The notes: generated by a model from the sequence alone, not told the origin. A stretch of 40,927 nucleotides of DNA from Patescibacteria group bacterium (GCA_030917555.1 JAUPUN010000001.1:1-40927); one strand, 5' to 3'. Positions 1-9,609 are shown, counted from the stretch's first letter. Made by a program: numbers and translations.

Positions 1-18
1 TTCATCTTTAAGGGCAAA

Positions 19-86
19 GCCCCTCACTTGAAAAAGATTGGCTATTACCAAAAACCAATAAAATTGATCTGTTTCAAGTGAGGGGC
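19..86. repeat. Inverted repeat GCCCCTCACTTGAAA (19-33) / TTTCAAGTGAGGGGC (72-86) with a 38-nt spacer; each arm abuts a GGGC-AAA-GCCC mini-hairpin (12-22, 83-93)
   Basis: Perfect 15-bp reverse-complement match read directly. The same core recurs as an 18-bp inverted repeat at 13743-13877. Confidence 0.75.
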
Positions 87-437
87 AAAGCCCAGTACTT
101 TCCTAGTGAGAAGGAGCGAGGTATATTCCTGTCTAAGAGTAATCCTTTTCTCTTGAGCGACATAATATAAATTCAAAATTCAAAAATTAATCCTTCGACT
201 ACACTCAGGATTAATGGTGAGCAAAGCCGAACCATCAAAAATCAAAATGACAAGTCAAAATCCAAAATTTGAAAAAAGAGCGAGCACACTGGGCGAGCGA
301 GCGGGTCGAAGAAAATATATTCCGAGCGATTGTTGCCTTTGGCGGAATATCAGGAGCGAAAGAGAAAAGGTGAACGATGAGTTATTTTTTACAAAGAAGT
401 GAGTCTTGCCTTTTGCGAATAATTCAGGAGAAGGATC

Positions 438-464
438 AAAAAAAGGGTCTGCTTTAGCAGACCC
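438..464 (-). terminator. Intrinsic terminator readable only on the minus strand
   Basis: 8-bp GC-rich stem GGGTCTGC/GCAGACCC (445-452/457-464) with loop TTTA. The A7 run at 438-444 becomes a U-tail on the minus strand. The + strand has no U-tail after the stem (CTAATAAAC). Confidence 0.55.
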
Positions 465-534
465 CTAATAAACAGAAAGAGGTGTAACATGTTCCTTCTC
501 TGCTAAATGAGCCAAAGGCAAGATGAACGGTAAG

Positions 535-561
535 TTAGCACTCTTGACATCTGACTGCTAA
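535..561 (+). promoter_or_regulatory. CIRCE operator (HrcA binding site) upstream of hrcA
   Basis: TTAGCACTC-N9-GACTGCTAA, one mismatch to the CIRCE consensus TTAGCACTC-N9-GAGTGCTAA. It overlaps the promoter. Confidence 0.9.
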
Positions 562-572
562 CGAGTATAATA
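544..572 (+). promoter_or_regulatory. Sigma70-type promoter of hrcA-grpE-dnaK
   Basis: TTGACA (544-549), 17-nt spacer, TATAAT (567-572). The -35 box lies inside the CIRCE spacer. The ATG is 25 nt downstream. Confidence 0.8.
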
Positions 573-596
573 AGAAAGATTGTTTAAGAATAACCT

Positions 597-1286
597 ATGA
601 AAGAGATCTTGAAAGAACGACAAAAATGGATTCTGGAAATGGTAGTTAAATCATATATCGAAAGGGGGGAACCCATTGCCTCTCAATTTTTAGTAGTTCA
701 TTGTAATTTTGGTTTAAGTCCAGCTACTATTAGAAATGATTTTCAAGAATTGGCAGAAGAAGGCTATCTTTATAAGTTTCATATTTCTAGTGGGCGGGTT
801 CCTACTGATAAAGCTTGGAAATATTTTGTAAAGTTAGTTTTGGAAGAGAAAGATTTATTAGAGCAATGTGAAGAGCGATGGAAAAGACTACTCAGGCAGA
901 AAGTACAAAATCAGAATTGGGATCAAATAATAGAATTTCTTTCCGAAGCTAGCCAGTCCTTGGGATTTTGCTATTTGCCAGCGACTAATGAAGTAAAAAA
1001 ATCAGGTTTGAAATATCTATTTTCAGATGTAATCACTAATCCTTTTTTGATTCCTCAGATAGCAGAATCTTTGGATAAGCTAGATGAAGAAATTAAAAAA
1101 ATTAAAATTAAAACTCAGCCTTTAATTTTAATTGGACACGAGAATCCTTTGATAGCATCCGATAATTTTAGCGCTTTATTAACTCAAAGTTTACGTTCTG
1201 CCAATGTTTTTGGCATTTTAGGACAGAAAAGGATGAGTTACGAAAAGAACATCGCTCTCCTTAACGCTTTAAGGGAACAATTCTAA
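597..1286 (+). CDS. hrcA: Heat-inducible transcription repressor HrcA (short form, 229 aa)
   Basis: N-terminal winged-helix-like segment ERQKWILEMVVKSYIERGEPIASQFL. Canonical position behind CIRCE and ahead of grpE-dnaK. Shorter than the usual ~340 aa. Confidence 0.75.
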   Translation: MKEILKERQKWILEMVVKSYIERGEPIASQFLVVHCNFGLSPATIRNDFQELAEEGYLYKFHISSGRVPTDKAWKYFVKLVLEEKDLLEQCEERWKRLLRQKVQNQNWDQIIEFLSEASQSLGFCYLPATNEVKKSGLKYLFSDVITNPFLIPQIAESLDKLDEEIKKIKIKTQPLILIGHENPLIASDNFSALLTQSLRSANVFGILGQKRMSYEKNIALLNALREQF

Positions 1287-1299
1287 TTTATTTAACCAT

Positions 1300-1881
1300 A
1301 TGCCTAACGAAGACCAGACTCAAAAGACCTCAGAGTCAAAAGAGCAAAAAAAAGGTGATTTTTCTGATGAATTGCAGAAATTAAAAGAAGAATTAGTTCG
1401 AGTAGAAGAGGAAAAGAATCGTTATATTAATGATTGGAAAAAAGCTAGAGCAGAACTGATTAATTACAAGAAAGAAGAGGAAGAAAGATTGAGAGGAGTA
1501 ATGCAATTTGCCAACGAAAGATTAATAAAAGAGCTAATTGGTATTTTGGATAGTTTTGATTTAGCTCTTCAAAGTTTAGAGAGTTCTACTGATAAAAATG
1601 ATCCTATTAAGGATAATTATTTAAAAGGTATTTATCTCATCAAAAACCAACTAGAAGACTTATTAAAGAGAGAAGGATTAGAAGAAATTCTGGTAGAAAA
1701 AGGTCAATCACCTAATCTCTTATTTCAAGAAATTGTAGCTGAAATAGATAATCCTAAGTTAGCAGCTGGTACCGTAGCAGAAATTTTCCAGAAAGGTTAT
1801 CTCTTAAATGGTAAAATAATTCGCCCCGCCAGAGTGGCGGTAGTAAAAAAGAAAGATAAAGATAATGAATTAAAAAATTAA
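1300..1881 (+). CDS. grpE: Nucleotide exchange factor GrpE
   Basis: K/E-rich coiled-coil N-terminus and a GrpE-type C-terminus (FQKGYLLNGKIIRPARVAV). Lies between hrcA and dnaK. Confidence 0.9.
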   Translation: MPNEDQTQKTSESKEQKKGDFSDELQKLKEELVRVEEEKNRYINDWKKARAELINYKKEEEERLRGVMQFANERLIKELIGILDSFDLALQSLESSTDKNDPIKDNYLKGIYLIKNQLEDLLKREGLEEILVEKGQSPNLLFQEIVAEIDNPKLAAGTVAEIFQKGYLLNGKIIRPARVAVVKKKDKDNELKN

Positions 1882-1907
1882 AAATTAAAATTAAAAATTA
1901 AAAATTA
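1872..1907. repeat. Tandem AAAATT/AAAAATT low-complexity tract spanning the grpE stop codon and the dnaK leader
   Basis: AAAAAATTAAAAATTAAAATTAAAAATTAAAAATTA read directly. Related tracts occur at 9921-9950 and 19992-20012. Confidence 0.7.
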
Positions 1908-1914
1908 TATTATT

Positions 1915-3828
1915 ATGTCTAAAGTTTTAGGTATTGATTTGGGAACTTCAATTTCTAAGATGGCTTCCATTATTAATGGTGAGCCTAAATGTCTCGAAAG
2001 CAGAGAAGGTTCTATTTTAATTCCTTCGGTAGTTGCTTTAGCTAAAAATGGTGAACGATTAGTAGGTGATTTAGCTAAAAGACAGGCAGTCACTAATCCC
2101 AAAAACACGATTTTTGAAGTAAAACGGTTTATTGGCCGTAAATTTAGTGATTCTGAAATTCAGAAAGAAATTAAAAACTTGCCTTACGAAACTAGGGAAG
2201 GTAAAAATGGAGAAGTAGAAGTTAAAATGGGTGACAATTGGTATAGTCCGATTGAAATTTCTTCAATGATTTTGCAAAAAATCAAAATAGATGCGGAAGA
2301 AAAATTAGGTGGAAAAGTTGAAGCAGCTGTAATTACTTGTCCTGCTAATTTTGATGACTCCCAGAGAAAAGCAACTAAAACAGCTGGTGAAATAGCTGGT
2401 TTAAAAATTTTGAGAGTAATTAATGAGCCTACCGCAGCTGCTTTGGCTTATGGTTTGGGTAAGAAACAGTCTCAGAAAGTTTTGGTATATGATTTTGGTG
2501 GTGGTACTTTTGATGTTACTATTCTAGAAGTAGCACCTGATACAGTGGAGGTATTAGCTACCGGCGGAGAAGCTCATTTGGGTGGCAAAGATTTTGATCA
2601 GAGAATTATGGAATGGGTATTACAAGAATTTAAGAAAAGCGACGGAATGGATTTATCTAAAGATCCTTTAGCTTTACAAAGAATTAAAGAAGCCGTAGAA
2701 AAAGCAAAAATAGAGTTATCTTCAACAATTGAAACAGAAATTAATCTTCCTTATATTTCAGCTGATGCTTCCGGACCAAAACATTTATATTTAAAGATAA
2801 ATCGAGCTAAATTTGATGAATTAACTAAGGATTTAGTAGAAAAATCCATCGAGAGAGTAGAACAAACATTAAAAGAAGCTAAGTTAGATAAGAAAGATAT
2901 CGAAGAGATAGTATTAGTAGGTGGTACTACTTTAATTCCGGCAGTAAGAGATGCAGTCAAAAATTATTTTGGTAAAGAGCCAAATAAATCTATTCATCCA
3001 GAAGAAATCGTAGCTATTGGTGCTGCTATCGAAGCTGAAATTATTACTGCTGCTGAAGAAAAAAGAACTCCGGAAGGTGAAATTAAAAATGTTTTATTGC
3101 TAGATGTGTTACCACTCTCATTAGGTATTGAAACCTTAGGGGGTATTAATACTATTATGATTCCTAAGAATACTACTATTCCCGTTTCGAAAACTCAAAT
3201 TTTCTCTACTGCTTCTGATAGCCAAACTTCAGTAGAAATTAATGTCTTACAAGGTGAAAGACCAATGGCTAGCGATTGTCGCAGTTTGGGTAAGTTTATT
3301 TTAGACGGTTTGCCTCCTGCCCCTAGAGGAATTCCTCAGATTGAGGTGACTTTTGATATTGATGCTAATGGTATTTTAAGCGTGACTGCTAAAGATAAAG
3401 CTACCGGTAAGACTCAATCAGTTAGAATAGAGGGGTCAGCTAGTCTTTCTAAAGAAGAGATAGAAAAATTAAAGAAAGAAGCTGAAATGTATGCTGAAGA
3501 AGATAAGAAGAAGAGGGAATTAGCAGAGTTAAAAAATAATGCCGAAACTATCCTCTATACAGCTGAAAAAACTCTCAAAGAGAATGGAGAGAAAATACCG
3601 GCTAACTTGAAAGAGCAATTAGAAACTAAAATTAAGGAACTTAAAGAGTCAAAAGAGGGGAATGAGGCAGAAGTTTTGAAAGAAAAATTAGATAGTTTGT
3701 CGCAAACTTTATCTGAAATAGGTCAGAATTTGTATCAGCAAAGTGGTAAGTCAGAGGATAAGCCTCGAGAGGAAGAGAAAAAACAAGAGCCTCCTGGTGC
3801 TCAAGATGCGAATTTTCAAGAAAAGTGA
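1915..3828 (+). CDS. dnaK: Molecular chaperone DnaK (Hsp70)
   Basis: 637 aa with Hsp70 signatures [16 protein letters not shown] and VLVGGTT, plus a C-terminal lid and an acidic/K-rich tail. Confidence 0.98.
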   Translation: MSKVLGIDLGTSISKMASIINGEPKCLESREGSILIPSVVALAKNGERLVGDLAKRQAVTNPKNTIFEVKRFIGRKFSDSEIQKEIKNLPYETREGKNGEVEVKMGDNWYSPIEISSMILQKIKIDAEEKLGGKVEAAVITCPANFDDSQRKATKTAGEIAGLKILRVINEPTAAALAYGLGKKQSQKVLVYDFGGGTFDVTILEVAPDTVEVLATGGEAHLGGKDFDQRIMEWVLQEFKKSDGMDLSKDPLALQRIKEAVEKAKIELSSTIETEINLPYISADASGPKHLYLKINRAKFDELTKDLVEKSIERVEQTLKEAKLDKKDIEEIVLVGGTTLIPAVRDAVKNYFGKEPNKSIHPEEIVAIGAAIEAEIITAAEEKRTPEGEIKNVLLLDVLPLSLGIETLGGINTIMIPKNTTIPVSKTQIFSTASDSQTSVEINVLQGERPMASDCRSLGKFILDGLPPAPRGIPQIEVTFDIDANGILSVTAKDKATGKTQSVRIEGSASLSKEEIEKLKKEAEMYAEEDKKKRELAELKNNAETILYTAEKTLKENGEKIPANLKEQLETKIKELKESKEGNEAEVLKEKLDSLSQTLSEIGQNLYQQSGKSEDKPREEEKKQEPPGAQDANFQEK

Positions 3829-3861
3829 TATACTGAAAGAAATTAATAAAATATTTGCGGC

Positions 3862-4812
3862 ATGCCTCACGATTCCAATTTTTATCGTCTTTATCAGTTA
3901 GCTTATCGGGATCGCAGTGAATCATTAAAAGCTTTAGTGCTCTTAGTGATTTTACTCTGCGGTTTTAGTTTTGCTTCTCTCTTGTTTCTAGGGGTAGTAA
4001 GGAATTTCAATTGGAAACTATGTTTAATAACTAGTATTCTTTGGCTTGTAATTTTTTCCTTACTACCCCTTTTTGATTTAGTAGTGCCTAAAAGTCATTT
4101 TTATTTTGGTAATTTACTTTTCAGTTTCTTTTCTTTTTTGCCTTTATTTCTTGCTCAACAAGTTAATCTTACTCTCTTTTATCTCATTGGCATTCTTACT
4201 GTTATTTTATATTTTGCTGGTTGGCGACTTCAAGCTGAGTCGCAAAATTTAGTGGGTTTAAATTTGGCTAGAATTATTTCTAAAGGTGCCTTAGCGTTTA
4301 CTCTGGCCTTGCTAATTATTTTGGGCTCTTTATTATACTTAAGCAGAGAATTAAATTTGGGGCAAGAATCTTTACTTCATTTAACTAGGGGGCTTCCTTT
4401 TAAGCAGCCAACCACCAGGACAGTGGATAGCCTGCTTCAGCCCTTAATTGAAAAACAACTTAATTTATTAGCTGATTCGAAAACTAAAGGAGCAGCTTCA
4501 AACCTGATTCTGGAACAAACGCGGCAAAGTCTTTCGCAACTAATAGGTATACCACTTTCTGGTGAGGAAACGATCGGAGAGGTAATCGTATCTTATTTTA
4601 AAACACATTGGTCGACTTTTTCTCTTTTAATAAAAACAATCTTTCTGCTACTACTTTTGTCACTAGTTTTTAGTTTAGTAAATATTTTTAATTTCTTTTT
4701 TTCTACCCTCGTAATTATGGTGAGCTGGCTGTTGCTAAAATTATTAATTGCCACTAAATATTGCCACATTAAAATGGTAGGAATAGAAAAAGAAGAGCTT
4801 ACTTTAGTGTAA
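3862..4812 (+). CDS. Polytopic membrane protein, function unknown
   Basis: 316 aa with many long hydrophobic segments. I recognise no catalytic motif. Confidence 0.5.
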   Translation: MPHDSNFYRLYQLAYRDRSESLKALVLLVILLCGFSFASLLFLGVVRNFNWKLCLITSILWLVIFSLLPLFDLVVPKSHFYFGNLLFSFFSFLPLFLAQQVNLTLFYLIGILTVILYFAGWRLQAESQNLVGLNLARIISKGALAFTLALLIILGSLLYLSRELNLGQESLLHLTRGLPFKQPTTRTVDSLLQPLIEKQLNLLADSKTKGAASNLILEQTRQSLSQLIGIPLSGEETIGEVIVSYFKTHWSTFSLLIKTIFLLLLLSLVFSLVNIFNFFFSTLVIMVSWLLLKLLIATKYCHIKMVGIEKEELTLV

Positions 4813-4822
4813 GCAGTGTTTT

Positions 4823-6187
4823 ATGAATTGGGAGAATTTATTTCAAGCAAATGATATTCGAGGCATCTATCCAGAAGAATTATCAGACGAAGCAGCTTTT
4901 AAAATTGGTCAAGCCTTAGTTTCCTATCTTCAACCTCAAGAAATTTGTATTGGTAGAGATGTAAGACTTTCTTCAGAGTCCCTTTTTCGAGCTTTAAGTC
5001 AAGGAATCATTCAAAGCGGGATTGAGGTAATAGATTTAGGAGTTATTTCTACTGATGCTTTTTATTTTGCAGTAGGAAAATATAATTTTGAAGCTGGGGT
5101 AATGATTACTGCTAGTCATAATCCTTCCCATTACAATGGTTTTAAAATTTGTCGGCAGGGAGTAAAAATGCTTTATGAAGACGAAGGATTAATGGAATTA
5201 AAGAATATTCTGAAAAATCTTCCTCAGCTCTCGCAATCAACAAGGAAGGGTAAAATTGTTTCAAAAGATATCAGCGGAGATTACCTCAATCATATTTTGT
5301 CTGTTTCTAGCCACTTTCAGTTAAAAGATTTTAAAATAGGGCTTGATCTTTCTAATGGTGCTTTAACTTGGATTATAAACGAAGTCTGCCAGCGCTTACC
5401 GATAACTACGTTTCTTATAAACGAAGTTCCTGATGGCACTTTTCCTCATCATCTTCCAGATTCATCTTTGCCAGAATCTTGGCAAGAGATGAGACAATTA
5501 ATTTTACACAATGATTTAGATTTCGGGGTAGTGTTTGATGGTGATGGTGACAGGATTACTTTTTTAGATAACGAAGGAAAAGCAGTAGAGGCTAGTGTAA
5601 TTTTAGTAATTTTAACTAGATATTTTCTTTCCAAATATCCTAACTCAGCTGTAGTATATGATTCTGGTTCTTCTCCCATTGTCTTAGAAAATATTTTAAA
5701 ATTAGGCGGTAAACCAATTAGGTCTAGAATTGGCCATTCTTTTATGAAAACTATGATGAGAGAACATGAGGCAGTAGTGGGGGGAGAGCATACCGGTCAT
5801 TTCTATTTTAAAGATCATTATTACTCAGATTCTGGTTTAATGACTTTAATGTTTATTTTGGGCATTTTATCTGATCTTAAAAAGCCACTTTCAGTTTTAC
5901 GACAAGAAATTTATCCCTATTATCATCTGATAACTGAATTAAATTATCCTAAAGTTAAAAATTATGAACAGAAGCTACAAGAAATAGTAAATTATTATCA
6001 AAAAGAGGGAGCTCAAGTAGAAAATTTCGATGGTTATATAATTAAGGGTAATCACTATTGGATTCAAATTCATCCGGCTAATACTGCACCAGTAATTAGG
6101 GTAAATCTTGAAACTGATGAGAAAAAAGTATTAAATCAGAAAGAACAGGAAATAAAAACGCTCTTTAAGCAATTAAACTTTTCTTAA
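4823..6187 (+). CDS. Phosphomannomutase/phosphoglucomutase family (alpha-D-phosphohexomutase)
   Basis: Phosphoserine loop [13 protein letters not shown], Mg loop FDGDGDR and sugar loop GGEHTGH. Confidence 0.9.
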   Translation: MNWENLFQANDIRGIYPEELSDEAAFKIGQALVSYLQPQEICIGRDVRLSSESLFRALSQGIIQSGIEVIDLGVISTDAFYFAVGKYNFEAGVMITASHNPSHYNGFKICRQGVKMLYEDEGLMELKNILKNLPQLSQSTRKGKIVSKDISGDYLNHILSVSSHFQLKDFKIGLDLSNGALTWIINEVCQRLPITTFLINEVPDGTFPHHLPDSSLPESWQEMRQLILHNDLDFGVVFDGDGDRITFLDNEGKAVEASVILVILTRYFLSKYPNSAVVYDSGSSPIVLENILKLGGKPIRSRIGHSFMKTMMREHEAVVGGEHTGHFYFKDHYYSDSGLMTLMFILGILSDLKKPLSVLRQEIYPYYHLITELNYPKVKNYEQKLQEIVNYYQKEGAQVENFDGYIIKGNHYWIQIHPANTAPVIRVNLETDEKKVLNQKEQEIKTLFKQLNFS

Positions 6188-6191
6188 AAAA

Positions 6192-7310
6192 ATGAAAGAC
6201 TATTATGACATTTTAGGAGTTCCTAAAGATGCTTCTCAAGACGAAATTAAGAAGGCTTTTTATAAATTAGCTCATAAATACCATCCTGATAAAGGAGGAG
6301 ATGCAGAAAAATTTAAAGAAATTAATGAAGCATATCAGGTTTTGTCTGATCCTGAAAAGCGAGTCCAGTATGATAAATTTGGTACTTCTTTTGAGGGAGC
6401 TGCTCCAGGTGGGCAGGGTTTTTCTGGTTTTAATTGGCAAAATATTAATTTTGATGATGCTTTTGGTTCTCCTTTTAGCAATTTTGGAGATAATTTTGGC
6501 GAAGATTTTGATTTTGGTGATATTTTTTCCGAATTTTTTGGTGGCAGTGCTAGGCCTAAAAGAAAAACTAGCACTCAAAATAAGGGCCGAGATTTAGAAA
6601 TTACTACTGAAATTACTCTCGAAGAAGCAGCTTTTGGCACTAGAAAAGAAATTTCCTTTAAAACTTATCTTGTTTGTGATCATTGCCATGGCAAAGGTTA
6701 CGAGCCTAATTCTGAAGTAAGGGTTTGTCCTCAATGCAAAGGAGAAGGGGTGGTGAGAGAGGCAAGGCGCACTATGTTAGGCACTTTTACTCAAATTATT
6801 GAATGTCCTAAATGCCACGGCAGAGGCAAAATTCCAGAAAAACCTTGTCAAGTTTGCGGAGGAGATGGTCGTTATTACGCTACCAAAACAGTAATGGTGG
6901 ATATTCCTCAAGGAGTGAGGCAGGGAGAAACTATTAAAATAAAAGGTGAAGGGGAGGCCGGTATTTTAGGTGCACCTAATGGCGATTTATATCTGAAAAT
7001 TAATTTAAAGCCTCATCCAGTATTTGAGAGAAAAGGAGATGATTTATATCTTACCTTGGATATTAGTTTTCCCGAAGCAGCGTTAGGTACTGAAAAAGAA
7101 ATTAAAACGCTGGACAAAAAAACTTTAATTTTGCGTATTCCACCTGGCACTGATTCCGGAGAGATATTTAGATTAAGAGGTAAAGGTATTAAGCATTTTA
7201 ATACTCTGGGATTTGGTGATTTATACATAACTATAAAAGTTACAACCCCTAAAAATCTTTCCCGCCGAGCTAAAGAATTATTAGAAGAATTAAAAAAGGA
7301 GTTAGACTAA
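6192..7310 (+). CDS. dnaJ: Co-chaperone DnaJ (Hsp40, type I)
   Basis: J-domain with HPD (KYHPDKGG), a G/F-rich linker, and four CxxCxGxG repeats ([32 protein letters not shown]). Confidence 0.97.
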   Translation: MKDYYDILGVPKDASQDEIKKAFYKLAHKYHPDKGGDAEKFKEINEAYQVLSDPEKRVQYDKFGTSFEGAAPGGQGFSGFNWQNINFDDAFGSPFSNFGDNFGEDFDFGDIFSEFFGGSARPKRKTSTQNKGRDLEITTEITLEEAAFGTRKEISFKTYLVCDHCHGKGYEPNSEVRVCPQCKGEGVVREARRTMLGTFTQIIECPKCHGRGKIPEKPCQVCGGDGRYYATKTVMVDIPQGVRQGETIKIKGEGEAGILGAPNGDLYLKINLKPHPVFERKGDDLYLTLDISFPEAALGTEKEIKTLDKKTLILRIPPGTDSGEIFRLRGKGIKHFNTLGFGDLYITIKVTTPKNLSRRAKELLEELKKELD

Positions 7311-7351
7311 GTTTATTTAAAAAGGTGTGCTAAAATTATTAAGAAGATACT

Positions 7352-8443
7352 ATGTCAACATTTATATTGGTATTAATTGGGATAGGTCTTGGTGCTGCTC
7401 TAGGTTTAATATTTTATTTTCTTAGCACCAAGGGAAAACAACAAGAAAAGCCAGAAGAACAGGCGTTCCTCTTACTGCAGAATCAAATTCAGGAAATTAT
7501 TAGGACTCTGGATAATAAATTAGGAGAATCAACTCAAGTGTTTCAGCAGCAATTTGATAGAAGTGCCCAGATTATTAAAGAAGTGACAGAGAAATTGACT
7601 AAATTAGATGAGACTAATAGACAGGTAGTGAATTTTGCTGATCAATTACGAAAATTAGAAGATACTTTAACTAACCCCAAACAAAGAGGAGTACTAGGAG
7701 AATATTATTTAGAAACAGTACTTAAAAATGTTTTACCTCCTGGGACTTATCAGATGCAATATGCTTTTAAAGATGGAACAGCCGTTGATGCTGTAATTTT
7801 TGTGAGAGATAAAATTATTCCTATTGATTCTAAGTTTAGCTTAGAAAATTACAATCGGCTTTTAGAAACTCGAGACGAAACAGAAATAAAAAGACTGGAA
7901 GAGGCGTTTCGTAATGATGTTAAAACTAGAATTGATGAAACCTCAAAATATATTAAGCCAGAAGAGGGAACAATGGATTTCGCTTTTATGTTTATTCCTT
8001 CAGAGGCAATTTATTACGATTTATTGATTAATAAAATTGGTACCGTTAAAGCTAATACCCGAGATTTAATAGAATATGCCATGGCTGAGAAGAAAGTAAT
8101 TATTGTTTCTCCTACTTCTTTTTTAGCTTATTTGCAAACAGTACTTCAGGGTTTAAAAGCTTTGGAAATAGAAGAATCAGCTAAGGAGATTAAAAAACGG
8201 GTGGAAGAATTAGCACGTCATTTAACCAGCTATGAAAGCTATCTCCAAAAATTAGGTAGTCATTTAGGTACTACTGTGAGTATGTACAATTCTGCTTATA
8301 AAGAGTTTTCAAAAATAGATAAAGATGTGTACCGAATTTCTGGTAAGAAAATTGGGGCGGAACCCTTAACCCTTGAAAAACCACGAGATGATTTTGAGGA
8401 GGAATTAAATATGGAACAAGATAAGGAACAAAATGAGGAATAA
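7352..8443 (+). CDS. rmuC: DNA recombination protein RmuC
   Basis: N-terminal TM segment plus coiled coil, and an RmuC-type core (QRGVLGEYYLETVL ... DAVIFVRDKIIPIDSKF ... FAFMFIPSEAIY). Confidence 0.85.
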   Translation: MSTFILVLIGIGLGAALGLIFYFLSTKGKQQEKPEEQAFLLLQNQIQEIIRTLDNKLGESTQVFQQQFDRSAQIIKEVTEKLTKLDETNRQVVNFADQLRKLEDTLTNPKQRGVLGEYYLETVLKNVLPPGTYQMQYAFKDGTAVDAVIFVRDKIIPIDSKFSLENYNRLLETRDETEIKRLEEAFRNDVKTRIDETSKYIKPEEGTMDFAFMFIPSEAIYYDLLINKIGTVKANTRDLIEYAMAEKKVIIVSPTSFLAYLQTVLQGLKALEIEESAKEIKKRVEELARHLTSYESYLQKLGSHLGTTVSMYNSAYKEFSKIDKDVYRISGKKIGAEPLTLEKPRDDFEEELNMEQDKEQNEE

Positions 8444-9464
8444 AATAGTAATCGTTCTTTGCTCATTAATTGCGCTTTTAATTTTAGGATCTTTTTTCCA
8501 GTTAACTCCCAGAGAATTTCAAGTTAATAATTCCAAGAGTCCAGCTTCCACCATTCTAGTTCCTTCGCTTAGAATTCTCTTAGTAGGGGATATTATGATG
8601 GCTCGAGGAGTTGCTGCTTTAACTGATCAATTTGGTTTAGCCTATCCTTTTACTAAAATTGAGTCGCTATTTTCTCACTCAGCTTGGGATTTTATTTATG
8701 GTAACCTTGAGGGTCCAGTGAGAGCCGAAGCTTTGCCAGTAGCTTTTCATGCTATGAGTTTTGAATATTCTCCTCAGATTTCTCATTTTTTAGCACAATT
8801 GGGTTTTAATATTTTAAATTTAGCTAATAATCACGTAGCTGATCAGGGCAAAGAGGCGGTTCTTCAAACTCGTGATTATTTACAAAAAGACGGAATTATT
8901 CCGCTTGGTGATCCTAATGATTGTAGTTTGAAATACGGTTTTCAAAAAGAACCGCTTGTTTTTTTAGGAGCTAATTTAGTCTACCAAAATAAAACTTGTG
9001 TTTTGGAACTAATCGAAAGTATCACAAAATTAAAAAAACAAAATCCTTCTCTTTTTGTGATTGTTACTCCTCATTGGGGACCGGAATACCAAAAGGAGCC
9101 AGATAATTTTCAAAAACAGACAGCTCATCAATTAATTGAGGCAGGGGCTGATTTAATTGTGGGACATCATCCTCATGTGGTGCAAGGCATCGAAGAATAT
9201 CAAGGTAAATTAATTTTTTATTCTTTGGGTAATTTTGTTTTCGATCAATATTTTTCAAAAGAAACTCAAGAAGAATTAGCTTTAAGTTTAGATTATCAAC
9301 CGCAACAGCAAATTTTTACTTTAATTCCTCTTGAAAGCCAAAAAAGTCAATTAAACTTTTTGGAAGGAACAGAACGCCAGATCTTTTTTGATAAATTAGC
9401 CCAAATTAGTTCTCTTTCTCTAAGAGACGAAATTCAGAAGGGAGTGATTATAAGACATAATTAA
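8433..9464 (+). CDS. CapA/PgsA-family metallophosphatase-like protein
   Basis: N-terminal TM segment and motifs VGDIMMARG, GNLEGP, LANNHVADQG, HWGPEY, GHHPHVVQG, YSLGNF. The start overlaps the rmuC end by 11 nt. Confidence 0.85.
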   Translation: MRNKIVIVLCSLIALLILGSFFQLTPREFQVNNSKSPASTILVPSLRILLVGDIMMARGVAALTDQFGLAYPFTKIESLFSHSAWDFIYGNLEGPVRAEALPVAFHAMSFEYSPQISHFLAQLGFNILNLANNHVADQGKEAVLQTRDYLQKDGIIPLGDPNDCSLKYGFQKEPLVFLGANLVYQNKTCVLELIESITKLKKQNPSLFVIVTPHWGPEYQKEPDNFQKQTAHQLIEAGADLIVGHHPHVVQGIEEYQGKLIFYSLGNFVFDQYFSKETQEELALSLDYQPQQQIFTLIPLESQKSQLNFLEGTERQIFFDKLAQISSLSLRDEIQKGVIIRHN

Positions 9465-9517
9465 TTATCCTTGTCTTTCTCGATTGGAAAGGATCACCAA
9501 CTTATTAGATTGAAGGG

Positions 9518-9545
9518 TTGACAATTTTTTTCTCTTGAGTAAAAT
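9518..9545 (+). promoter_or_regulatory. Sigma70-type promoter of groES-groEL
   Basis: TTGACA (9518-9523), 16-nt spacer, TAAAAT (9540-9545), immediately followed by CIRCE. Confidence 0.65.
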
Positions 9546-9550
9546 AACAT

Positions 9551-9577
9551 TTAGCAATTAAGGTCGAGGAGTGCTAA
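9551..9577 (+). promoter_or_regulatory. CIRCE operator upstream of groES
   Basis: TTAGCAATT-N9-GAGTGCTAA. The right arm is perfect and the left arm matches 7 of 9. Confidence 0.85.
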
Positions 9578-9609
9578 GATTAATAAATTATCAAAAAGTA
9601 ATAAAAAAT

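Noticed and set aside
1-81. Frame-1 reading frame open to the window edge (..FIFKGKAPHLKKIGYYQKPIKLICFK*), possibly the C-terminus of an upstream gene
   Set aside because: This cannot be decided from 27 codons. The stretch is dominated by a perfect inverted repeat plus mini-hairpins, which looks more like a non-coding element. I leave it unannotated.
214-402. 62-aa ORF from the supplied track (MVSKAEPSK...)
   Set aside because: It has no promoter or RBS context and a low-complexity K/R/E/S composition. The GAGCGA repeats cross it in different frames, and I recognise no family. I treat the region as non-coding (see the finding for 101-534).
1905-2960. Antisense ORFs inside dnaK (1905-2108, 2751-2960), and 3641-3925 across the dnaK end
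   Set aside because: They lie wholly inside or overlap a very confidently identified gene on the opposite strand. Their products are low-complexity. These are typical shadow ORFs.
6267-6597. Three overlapping ORFs (both strands) over the dnaJ G/F-rich linker, plus 7013-7228 (-)
   Set aside because: They are artefacts of the repetitive GGT/TTT-rich linker sequence of dnaJ. The dnaJ frame is unambiguous (J-domain, zinc fingers).
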